A stretch of DNA of 64,000 nt from Euglena gracilis (lineage: Eukaryota): positions 25,184,954 to 25,248,953 of the forward strand of contig CP154954.1 in NCBI GenBank assembly GCA_039621445.1, read 5' to 3'. The notes beneath the pieces are model-generated. The model saw nothing but the letters and a program-made list of their open reading frames with translations, made no database searches and was not told the origin of the DNA. The translations under genes and the position numbers were made by a program. This document shows, in pieces, positions 26,293 through 38,300 of this stretch (position 1 is its first letter; each line of letters begins with the position of its first letter).

Positions 26293-28022
26293 GCCCTGGC
26301 CACATCAACGTGGAGGTGAAATTTTTTTTTCGATTCATCTCTATTTTTTCTGATTTGGAAGTAATTGGCATCTTTTTTTTGCATTTTTTTTGAATACCCG
26401 GGAAATTGTCACCCCCCTCCGTGCTGCCCGATTTGTCACGCGACAATTGCCCGGGGGGGGGGGGGGGGGGTACCCCCCAAGCGCTTGGCCACCGCTCCTC
26501 CTTACATGCAAATTTGCCCCCCGCCGAATTGGCTTTTCATCTCAACTTCCAACCTAAGCTCCCGGTTTCAGGCTTGGCCTATTTTGTGACAAAGTTCTTG
26601 ATGTGCAAATTTGGCCTTGGGTGGGGGTTGTGTTCTGATGCTTTTGATCCAGAAAGACGTCCTTCCAATTCCGAACTTGATTTTTTTTGGAATCAAAGTT
26701 GCGAAAAGCATGGCGTTCTCTTAATGTTTTAAAGGAGACCCCTAAAGATTGTGTCGAACCTGGGTGCTTTGCTTTTTTTTTGTGGTTGACTGCATTTTGT
26801 GTCGCGTTTGTACATATTTTGTGTCTGTGGTGAACAGCATAGCAGTCGAAAGGAACAGACCCAAACCAAGGAGAAGGCTCGGACGGGCTCATCTGCCAGA
26901 GCAAGAAGCCAGCCCAGTCGTGGTGTGCCTCGGCTTCTTCTCTGGGGTCCCATTCCCTCCAGTATTCCAGCCCCCGCAGAGCTGTCGTTGTGCCTGTCGC
27001 TGTGCTGCTGCGGGCGACCTGTGCTGCTGGCACGGCCACACCTGCGGCGTGCTTTCGTCCGTCCACCATCTTGTTCCTGCGGCCAACAAAACCTCCTGGG
27101 GGGGGTTCTTAAAAAAAATCTTAAAAATTGTTGGCCGTTGCCATGGGCTCAGTAATAGCAACCTGGAACTGGCATTCAGGTCCATCAAGTGCCAGAGCAA
27201 GCTTATTACCTAAACTTGCTCTGCCAATCAGGTATGCGAAGGGAGATTACAAAGATGATTTTTGTTGCAAATTCACGGCAGAATCAAAAAATGGAGCAAA
27301 TAAACCAAAGGAGCAGAGATGTTCAATTCAGGCGAGCACCACTGTCGTCACGGTTCCTGCTCTGTTTTATTCTCATTGTCTTTCATTGTCCTCCAAATCC
27401 AGATCTGTGCTGTGGCATTCCGCCTGCGCTGTTTGCTTGCTTGATTGCCTCGTTTTGTTCCACTTCTTCCCCAAGAGTCTGTTTCGTTCTCAACATCTGT
27501 GTTCAACAATTTTGAATTCCAATTCCGTTTCTTGCTTGTATTTCCAAGAATTGGCAATGACACTGCGTCCAGGTATTTTCCCTGAAAATTTGTAACCGTG
27601 GGGATGTCTGGGAGGGTCCTGTCAAGTGGGTTCCCCCACAAGGGGACACAAAATGCAGTCAACCACGAAAAAAAAGCAAAACAACCAGGTTCGACCGAAT
27701 GTTTAGGGGTCTCCTTTAAAACGTTAAAAGAACGCCATGCTTTTTGCAATTTTGATTCCAAAAAAATCAAGTTGGGATTTGGAAAGAGGTCTTTCTGGGT
27801 ACATCCGTAAATACATCAGAACCCCCCCCCCCCCCAGGTTCTTGGCCCGAGCCAATTTGGGGGGGGGGGGCAAATTTGCATGTAAGGAGGAGCGGTGGCC
27901 AAGCGCCTGGGGGGGTATGCAAAGAAATGCAAAAAAAGATGCCAATTACATCCAAATCAGAAAAACATAGAGATGAATCAAAAAAGTAATTTTTTTCACC
28001 TCAACGTTGATGTGACCAGGGC
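26293..28022. mobile_element. ~1.7 kb element with long (~400-500 bp) imperfect TIRs; possibly PIF/Harbinger-related
   Basis: 26293-26803 is the gapped reverse complement of 27645-28022 (GCCCTGGCCACATCAACG / CGTTGATGTGACCAGGGC). The minus-strand interior has a decayed W..IA...C.ER..LL.KKW Myb/SANT-like pattern. The left flank is TAA but the right flank is TGG, so the TSD is not confirmed. Confidence 0.75.
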
Positions 28023-29354
28023 TGGTGTGAAATGCCAAGTTTCAATCATCAAAATGACGGCCAAAGCGGGGCCTTCTGAGACCCCTTCCACTGCCAACCC
28101 CACCAGGTTCTGAAAAATATTTTGGCAACACTCCACCACTGTTAGATGGGGGTATGCATTTGTGTGATGACCTTTCTGGGGGTTGAGAACGTTTCCACAA
28201 TGTGGCACCGAACCTTGTGGGAAATTGTCCTCCTTCTTGCACTGTGCTGCTGGCCGGCCCCCCCTCCCCTGGGGGGTGACTGGTTTTTTCAGAGTGACTG
28301 ACTGGTTTTTGGCCCGGACCCCCTCCCCCCCCCACGGGGGTCGGCCAGGAGTGGGCAAAAGTGGCTTGAGTGACCGCGGCGCCGAAGGCGCCGGAACAGT
28401 TTTTTGGCCTGAAATTGTCTAAAGTGACTTGAAAGTGACCGTTTTTCTGAGTGGCTGCCCCCGGGGGGGGGGGGGGGGGGTAGTGACTAGCTGGTTTTCC
28501 GAAAATGAGTGACTGACTGGTTTTTTAAAAAAATGGATCGACCCCCCTCACCCCCGGGGGTCGGTAAAAAATTGTATGGTGGGGGGGACAGCATTTGGAA
28601 GATATTGTTTCCCCTCCACCAAGGTTGGGTCTTGAACCTTGACGGACCTTGGCGTCTCGCAAAATTTCAAAATGTCTCGAAATCTCGAAAACCCCCGCTT
28701 TTTGGTCATTTTTGGCCACTTTTGGTTGGCTTGTTCTGGCTCAGGGGTTTTCTGAAGCCGGAGGGGACCCAACCTGGGGGAGGGTCCAGCCAGCCAGCAC
28801 CTTTTTTCCAGCCAGCACCTGCGAGCTGGGCTACGGACCCCCCTCCCGGGTCTGCTGAAATAAGTTCGGGCCAGCCTGCTGAAAGTTTTTGAAAAAGGTT
28901 TTGACTGCTTTTGGGTCAAAAGCGCCCCAAAATTGTATTTTTGGGTGGTTTTAGGATTTCCACCGTAAATTTTGGTTGAAAAATGCCAACCCAGTTGGAT
29001 TTGGGCTTTTTTGGAATTTTTGGGGCACCCCCGCGTCCAGCTCCCATCTGGCCTGACCCCCCCCCCTGGACCCCCACCCTGATTTCTCGACGACCTCGAA
29101 GGGGGGGGTCAAGAATCTCAACTATCTTAGGACCCCCCCAAAAGTCAAGATCTTCCATTTGTAAGGGATTTTCATTCAATCCTTGTCCATCGATAGCAGT
29201 TTATCCTTCTGCAGCCCAACCCCCAAAACCCACCCCCTGCTTTGGGCCGGCAACCCACAAGGCACCCCCCCCGTAAAAAGAAGCCTTTTTTCCACATCTT
29301 TTGGACTCACTTTTTGTGATGAGGCAAGATTGTCCTCCTTGGTTTGCAACCCAG

Positions 29355-32300
29355 TGGGAGAACGAGAACGCCGGCCACCGACGTGCAGTGGTTTCGGGGG
29401 TTGTGAAAGGAGCTTTGTCGCCCTCATGAGTGGGTGGGTGGACCACGCCCTTTCCCATGGCTTCGGGTGGCCCTATGCACCACATCCCAGCCCCCCTCCC
29501 CCATTGTCTCCCCCAACGCATGGCTTTGGCTTTGCTTGATGCGCTCCCAACTTGTGTTGGACACGTTCAACCCGACGTGGGGGTGATGTGCAGTATGTTC
29601 CAAAACGCTTGGCTGCCACTATTTTTTCTTTTCAAAATCGATTTTTTTCAAACAAGCTCTTGATCTTTAACTTTTTTGCTGTTTGAGTTTTGCGGAAGAC
29701 TTACCAGGGGATTCTGGAGGCAGAGGGTCTTATCCCTCGAGGATGGTTCAATCCACCCAACCTTTCCCCCCCAGCCAGCAACTCCCAGCAGGGCTGCACT
29801 GTGGCCAGTTCAACCCAGCTGGACCAAACCGGAAAGTTTCGTCACTTTTCAGTGGAGAGTGTCAAAGTGATGTGCAGTTTGCTTTGCTCAGTACCTCCAA
29901 CCCCGTCCCAGGTTTCTTCCCGCCCCTGCACGGCATGAACGGCTCTTCGCAATGAACCACGCTACTCTGTTGAGTCTGATTTGGGTGTTTCACCGGCTGG
30001 GTAGGTTCAGGGGGGCATGCACTTCCATAATGGCTTCCCCCTTTCGGGGTTTGGGGTCCAGGCTTTGCCCCACTCTCCCGGCTCCGACCCCCCCCCCAAA
30101 AAAAAATTGGGCCATCTTAAATCATTTCCAAAAAGTTTCCGGCCGAAACCCACACCAAGGAGCACTGGCCCAGAACCCCCCCCCCGGGGGTGGCGACCCT
30201 GGACCAAAACACCTGGGGGGGTTCCGAGGTGAAAAGAAGCCAGGCGGGGTCCCTCTTACGGAGCGGCCCTGGTACTGCCCAGATATCACCCTCGTACCTG
30301 GTACCTCCCTGAACGTCCTTGCCCAATCAACAGGGGGGGTTCAGACCGTAGATTCAATTAGCACCTCTGTGACCACTCCCACAACAGGGGGTGGGTTTTC
30401 AAAAATGGGCAGGGGGGTTGGGGCCAGGCTGTTTTTTTTTTAAGGTGGTGCCGACCCCACCCGGGGGGGGGGGGGGGGTGCTTGGGCAGGCACTCCAAGG
30501 CACTCCCAATCCAACCCCCCCGGAGGGGGGGGGGCAGGGCCACGGCCAAAAGTGCCCCAGCAGAGACCCCGGTGCCGAAGGCGCCGGGAGCCAAAAAATG
30601 GCCTAGTTTCAAAGGAATTTGCCTGGGCGCAGGCCAAAATCCGACCCCCCCCCGGGGGGGGAGGTAGCGCCTGCCTGGACAAGCACCCCAAGGCACTCCG
30701 GACCCCCCCCTCCCTCCCAGGGTTGGTAAAAAACGCCTGGTTGGGTGGGGCCCTCAACCCCCGGGGGGTGTGCAATGGGTCAGGTTTTTTTGCCCAGCTG
30801 AAGGCCGGGCCGGAATAAATTTTTCGGCATTCTCGACCAATTACGGCTGTATTTTGGGTGGGTGGGGTGGGTGGGGGGTTAACACCCAGGGGGGGGGGGG
30901 TGCGTTTGAAAAGAGTTGGTGGGTGGGTTTGGGTCCGGGAAAAGGTACCCACCGGGGTCTCTATGTGAATCTATGGTTCGGACTGTCACCATATACTTTA
31001 TCTACACAGAAAGTGAGCGAGGGCACCCCTTTGCCCAATGAACGCCCCCCTTTCGGGCCGTCCAGATTGTCACCCGAGTGTTCATTAGGCTTGGGGGGGT
31101 TCATCCCCCCATCCTTAGCAAGGCTGGTCCATGACACACCCACCCACCCATGCCAACTTTCCTCGTACTTTTGTGTGTCAAGGACAGGGGGGGGATGTAC
31201 CAGTTGATAAGCATTCTTTGGAAAGCTTTCACATGGGCGTTTACCGGTTGGGCAGGCCTCAAGTTAACTTGCCTGCCCAACAAACGGAATCTGTCGGGTC
31301 TTCTAAAAGGGTTCAAGCCACGCAATGGAGCTGGCCAGCAAGGACCTTTTGTCCCCTCCCCCCTTTAATTTCTGCATTGCCTTTGAGATCCTTGACGGTG
31401 CCCTTTCTGCTTCTTCGTGTTTTTGACTGCCTTTGGCCGTCAAAAACATTTTGCCTCATGGCACTCTTGGTTACTCTTAGTCATTTTTGGCCATTTTGCA
31501 CTCTTGGTCACTCTTGGTCACTTCTGGCCTCCTTTGGCCACCGTTGGCCACGCCAGGCCACTTTTGGCCATTTTCGCTGCTTCTTGGCCGCTTTTGACAG
31601 CTTTTTTGGCACTGCTTCTGCTGTTTCAGGCAAATTTTTGGTCACTTCTGGCACTCTAATTATTTGCATACCCACATCCGCACCAGTACCCACATTCATG
31701 TCCACTGCATCTTAACATGTAAATTCTTGTGGATTCATAACCTGTAAAAATAGCCAACAATGGTTAAAAGCGATGAAATAGTTGATAAAATTACCAAACA
31801 GAACAAAAAGAAGCATCAAAAAGGTCAAAGAAGAAGCACCAAAATGGGCCACCAAAGACCAAAAAGACCAAAATCGGGCAAATATGACAGAAAACAAAGG
31901 TGGTTCAAAATGGAAGAGAAATAAGTGCCCCAAGACGACTTTGCTTGCGGCGCCTTGGTGTGGCGTTTTTGGGTTGTTTGTTAAAGCGTGAGGAGGAGGT
32001 GCCGGGGTGTGTGGGTGTGGTGTGACCAAGTGGGTGGGAAGGACGCAAGGTGAGGAAGGTAGGTGCGGGCTGTTTGACAAGGGAAGCACACAGGAGAATA
32101 AATAGGGTGCACAGGGAATGAAGGGGACGGGTGTCTGCCACCCAATTTAAACCCGGGATCCGCACAACCAGTTTTGTGGCAAAGAACCCAGCGGAAGAAG
32201 CCCAACCCTTGAAGGACAGAATTATGTTTATTTGCAAAAATGCGCGCATAAACATAATTGTGTTGGTGCGCGCATTTGCGCAAGTAAACACAGTTTTGTC

Positions 32301-35300
32301 GTTCAAGGGTTGGCCATGAACTGACGCCGTCGATACACGGCGTGACAAAGGGGCCGTGACGGCGCGACCCAGTGGACAGTCCAGAAACATATTTTGGTGG
32401 GTTTTTCACAGCGTTTGCAGACGGTGCAAGCTTATTGGTGCAACTGCGCACACAAACATAATTATGTTTATGGGCGCATTTGCGCCCACCAACACAATTT
32501 GTGTTGATGGGCGCAAATGCGTCCATAAACACAAAGAAGAAGGGTGTGACAGAAACACAATTGTCAAACACCAGCAGCAAATGTGGTTCATTTGCGCATT
32601 TGCGCGCATCACATTGTTTGTAGGCGCAAATGCGCAAATGAACAACATGAAAAATTGCGCAATTTGCATCTGGTTCATTTGCGCATTTGCGCCAACCAAC
32701 AACGTGATGTGCACAAATGTGCAAATAAACAACCAATGGAGGAGTAAAAAGCGGCTTCATTTGGACCTCTAACAGCTACCATTAATTACTTCTGAATAGG
32801 TTCAACCCAAATGACCACCCCGTCTCCTCCGGCACATGGTATCAAGGTGCCGTTTCTGGTCCACTGACAGGTCCCACAAAAGATGGACACAGAGGATCTC
32901 CTGAAGGTGGGTGCGCAGCTACCCGATAACGGTACATGTCCACCGGCACCAATTTTAGGATCCCAAGGGCCCTGCCCCCGGCCTGGGCTCCGCTGCTGCA
33001 GCCACATCAGCTGCTGATGCTTCAGCACCCTCCAGCGGGAATTGACCTCCCCGGTGCAACAGCACCCAGCTTTGGCGGACATGTTATACCCGGCAAAGGG
33101 GCGTGAGATTGGGGGGACGATGTGGTGCCAGTTTATGGCAACTGGCAGCCAGAGAGAGGTAGCCCTCAAGCACCCGTTATTTTGGGTGCAAGGAAGTGGT
33201 GGACTGTTACCACTGGATTGGTTGCATGAAAGCGGTGGGACTCACTCCCCACACATTATGCACAAAAACTGGTGGGTTTGACATTTTTCAAGGTAAACAT
33301 GGTGGAGAAAAACCAGAAAATGGACTCCGGCCCGACACATCCTGGGTATGTCAGGTGCCAAATTTTCCCTTCTTGTAACACAGCACTGTTGCAGAAAAGG
33401 TGTCGAACAGTCACAGGTCTTGCACGTCATCAATTCATTACACTTAACTGCCAAATGAATGAGGCCAAAACAACCGGCTGTGCGGGCCGGGGAACAGCAG
33501 TATAAAATGTTCACACGTGAGGCAGGCAAATTTTGGCCCGTCAGATGCCGTGGTCCAATGAACATTGCGTAACTACCTCACTACAAATTTCATCACCACG
33601 TAATTGTGATGCAAAGCAATGGTTGGCGTGAGGAATTGCGTTCGCCAGCTGTCACGGACGAGGAGATGGTATCGCACAACTGATGTGTGTTGGTGCGCGC
33701 ATTACCACGCACAAACAAATTTTGTTTGTGTGCGCTAAGGCTCGCTCAAAAACACTATTTTGAAGTGAGTAAATAAATGTTTATTTGCGCATTTGCGCAA
33801 ATGCGCGCACCAACAAAATTGTGTTCATTTGCGCAAATGCGCGCACCAACAAATCTATCATGTTCAAAAACCTCGTTGACCCATGGTCCTAATCAGTGTG
33901 CTTTAACACAGACATGTTGTTTGTTGCCTCCCATTACACAAAGCATCCCATACCAATTTTCCCAAGATTTTTGTGTGTGCAAATGCGCCCATAAACCAAT
34001 TTTGTTTGTGGGCGCATTTGCGCCCACAAACATGTCTTTTTACTTTCAATGATTTGTATTTTGTTTGCGCAAATGCACAAATAAACACGTTGTGTTTATT
34101 TGCGCAAATGCGCGCATAAACACACATCAGTTGCCTGACGGCTGGCTGTCGTAGTCTGTAGTATGTGATGTAATAAGGTTCCGTGTGTTCTTACGGGCGG
34201 CTGTCAGTATCCAAGTCAGTTTAGTCACCATTTCAGCACCAGTACGAGTAGTCATAACAGTGGGTGTGTGCTTCCAACCTATTTGATGTGCGAGAGCACC
34301 AGTCTCACCCTCGGCCCTCTTCGCGTCACTTGGTAAGCAGCATGCATACCAAAACACCGGGGGTTAATCCCCTCCAACAGAGGGGTGTCACAGTTCAAAA
34401 GCTGTTTTCCGTGTGTCCGGGTACAGGGTCCCAGAAATTTTATAAAAATTGTTGATTTGCGCAAATGCGCCCATTTCAAAGAAAAAATCCTTAAGTGCGA
34501 ATCCGGCCGCCTAAGTTAGTCCACTTTTCCTTTCTTTGATCATTTTTAACCCACTTTTGGCCAAAAATTGGGGCATGTGAGGCCCCCAACTTGAGTGTGG
34601 GGGCTCCACATGTAGGGGTTCTGTACTATGATGAATGGACCAAAAATGGGTCAAAAATGGCGAAATTTGGGGTCAGAAAACCAATTTTTTTTTGCATAAT
34701 TGGCAGTTTTTTGGGAGGCATATTTTCGATTACATTTATTTATGGGATCTCATTTACCTGCTTTGACCCTGGGTCTGGCCCAGCCCCAAAAGTAAAAATG
34801 GCCGAAAATGGCCGAAAATGGCCGAAAATGGCCGAAAATGGCCGAAAATGAAATTTTGGGCTCAATAGGTGGGGGTCCCGAAAATGGCCGAAAATGGCCG
34901 AAAATGAGAAAAAAACTGTTGCAATTCTTTTTCGAGTTTATTTTGCCTAACAGTTTCTTTTTCCCTGAGGGCCAATTTCCAGTGCGACTGATTCTTGTCT
35001 CTGTACAGCCTCTCTTCTCCTGCCGTCATGCCTGGCCCTGCAACACATGCTGCTCAAAGAACCACCTCCAAATGGGTTATTTGGGCCAAAGCTGAAGGTT
35101 TTGATGACATTTCAGAAAATTTTGTTGACAAGGGCGACACTGGCATTTTTTTTTGTATATTTTGAAGAATTAAACCCATTTTTTGGGATAATTTCTCCAC
35201 AAATCTCCAATATTGCACCCACCTTGGCTATTTTGGATCAATTTTTGCTAATTTTGGGTATTTTGCACTGATTTGGCAAATATTAGGCTAATTTGGGTCA

Positions 35301-38300
35301 ATATGAGCACATTTTATGGCATTTTGGTCATTTTGCGCCATTTTGGTGATTTTGGGCTATTTTTCACAATTTTTTGTGGACACTGTTGGTGTTTTTGGGC
35401 ATTTTTAGGTTATTTGAAGCCATTTTAGGTCATTTTAGTAGTTTTTGGGGGCTTTTCGTGGTCAATTTTGAGTGTTTTGTGGTCCTTTTTTGGTCCGGCA
35501 TTCACAATATCGTCACCTCCGCGGACTGGGTGCGCCTGCCCCATTTCCCCCGACGCGGAGAAGCGCACCATGAGCCACCGCATGCTCCGCGCCCTCCTTA
35601 CCCATGCCGACGTGCAGCTTGTGTGCACCATCCACGCCCGCTGCCAGTCCGACTTCGGGTCTACACCGAGGACCAGCTGGCCAAGGTCAAGCTGTCCCGC
35701 GTCTACGGCCGCGGTCCCTACTGGGACGGCACAGAGTACTGCCACTACGAGATGACCACCAGTGGCTGGAGCTACCACTCGTTCCACCTACAGCCCGTCT
35801 ACAACATCGTCCTCGAGGACCAGGCCGTCCGCATGTTCGACCTCTGCCGGCCCATCCCCCTGCACGCCCTCATCCAGATCAACATCGACGCCGCGGAGTA
35901 CCGCGTCCACCCCGAGCACCAGCACGCGGAGTGGGTGCGTACTCTCGAGAACCACTGCTAGAACATGGACGGCGCCGACACTGCTGGACAAGATGCACAT
36001 CTGGACAAGATGCAGACATTGGGCAATTGGGTGAGCATATTTGATGTCAATATTTCAACATAATGGGCCGATCACACGTTTGCTTGCTTTTGTTCTGCCG
36101 CTCGAGCTGAGCGCACTTTCACCCAACTTCGCCACATCCAGACGGATGATCGTCTCAACATGATGGATGAAATTTCACATCAAGGCTTCTTGAAGTCATG
36201 GATGTGTGCCATTTAGGTTTTTCACCATGCCAATTATTTGTGAGAGTTTCAAACAATAAAATACTGCTTCGTCATTCGGCAACGTTCTCTTCATTCCGAT
36301 TGAATTCAACTTCCCACGACATTTATTTTATTTGTTTCTTTTGAAACCATTCAAAATAGTACCCCCCCCAAGTTTGTTTTGTGGATTCCAGTTGGAGTTT
36401 ATCCAATGTTCGGAAAAAGAAGCTTATTCCCAAAGCCTTGCATTTGCATATTGCAACCAAAAACTCTTTGACCCCTTTAATCCCTGAGCACTCATTCCAA
36501 ACGGACCTCCTTGGATGTGTTCGCTTGATTTGTTGCTCACAAACTACTTTCACGTCACATGAATGATCAAATGCATTGTTGGTACGAAATATTTTAAGAC
36601 AATTTTACCCCCCACCTATAGGAAAAAATGGCCGAAAATGGGCGAAAATGGCCGAAAATGGCCGAAAATGGCCGAAAATGGCAAAAATCGGGGGGTCAAC
36701 TATAGGTGCTTGCCCAGGACCCAATGGGGGGGGGGGCAAGGCAGAACGGGAATCGGCCGAACAGCCAGGGTGGTGGGTGGGGGGGGTCGACCACCCCCCA
36801 ACCCCCTGCCCGGTGGGTGGGGCACCCCTCCCACCCCCTGCATGGTGGGTAGGGGGGGTCGACCCCCCCCACCACCTCTTCCCGTATTTCCGGGAGCACG
36901 AATTTTTGGACCCGAAAATTTTTTTCCAGCGCCTTCGGTGCTGGGTGTTTTTTTTTACCCATTTTGGGACCCATAAAGGGGGTCTCCCCAAAAACCACCC
37001 AAAACTCCATTTTTTTCACACCTTCCAAAAATTCAACGTTTTCTAAAAATTTTGATTTTGAGTGGTTTTTGAAGCAGAAAATGCCATTGAAAGTCGAAGA
37101 AAATTGAAAGAGAAAAAATGTCAGTAAAACGTGACTGTGCCAAAATATTGTCCACTTTTTTTGACCTTCGGTTTTTTTTTTTCACCCCCCTCCTAAGAAA
37201 CTACCATTTTTTAACCCTGAATTTTTTGAGATTTTCTTTTTGAAAAAAAATGTGGTTTTCCCTCAAAAAATCATGTGTTTTGGGTTCATTTTTCAAAAAA
37301 ACTTCAAAAAATTTTCTGGCCAACATCCCTGTTTTCCCGAAATCGGTGAAAATGCTGTGGTGGGTGGGGGAGTCGACCCCCCCCCCCCACGAGGTTTTCC
37401 CGTTCTGCCCTGGGGGGGGGGGGTCAGCCAGCAGCCTTTTCCAGCCTGCCCAAATTTACCAAATTTCGTTAAAAAACACATTGTGTGTTTTTTTTTTTGA
37501 TCCCGACACCCCATCACAGCGTGGGAACCGTTCCCAGGGGCCGTTCGAGCCACATCGCACCCGCAGTCCAAGCTCTGGCACAACGTTATTGTAGCCCCCA
37601 CTCCTTCCCTGACCCAGTCCCCCCATGGCCTCAGGCGGCCGACTTTGCCCGGTGACTTTTCGGGGAAACCAACCCATGTTGTGTTCATCATTCCGGGGGC
37701 CCTGGCCTGTGTGGGGACATAGGGCCGATGGCACAGGCACCCCACGCTTCACGTTGCACACAGACGCAACAACAGAAGCCAAGGGTTCCTTCATCCCCCC
37801 GCCGGGGCTCCCTCCTTCCCTCAAGGCCAATTTGATCCCGCCAAAAATCTCTTTAAGGTTTTGCATACCTGCGGGGGAGGGGGGCAGGGATTTTTTAAGG
37901 CATTTTATGGCGCTGTTTTCCAGGGCGGTCAAAGGGCTGTCCGGGCATCGAACCAACATTTTTGATTTTGCTCGTTCGTCCAATATCAATAAAAATTCAA
38001 AAAAATCACATTCTTTGAGTTTTGGAAGGATAGACAATGATCTTGCGATGCCAGCAATCATTTTTCTTCCCAGATCTCGCATTTTTTTGCCAAGGTTTTG
38101 TGCAATTTTTTCCTTTTGGAGAAAATTCTTCCAACCCAGAATTTTAAGGCATTTCAAGGCATTTTGGCCAAAAGATTTAAGGCGCATTTTAAGGCGCATT
38201 TTAAGGCACTTTAAGGCGCCTTAAAAAATACTGCCTGGGGGGGCTGCTGCAGCTAGCCCTGATTTTGGCCTCAGCACCCCCCCCTCTCAGGGTTTTTTTT

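Noticed and set aside
28440-28460. TTTCTGAGTG resembling the Euglena spliced leader
   Set aside because: The following TCTATTTTTTTTCG is absent here and at 54276, so this is a chance match.
35494-35961. Firm call as a TET/JBP dioxygenase
   Set aside because: It has HxE rather than HxD, the spacing is short, and it lies within a hAT shell rather than the KDZ element. Kept only as a hypothesis.
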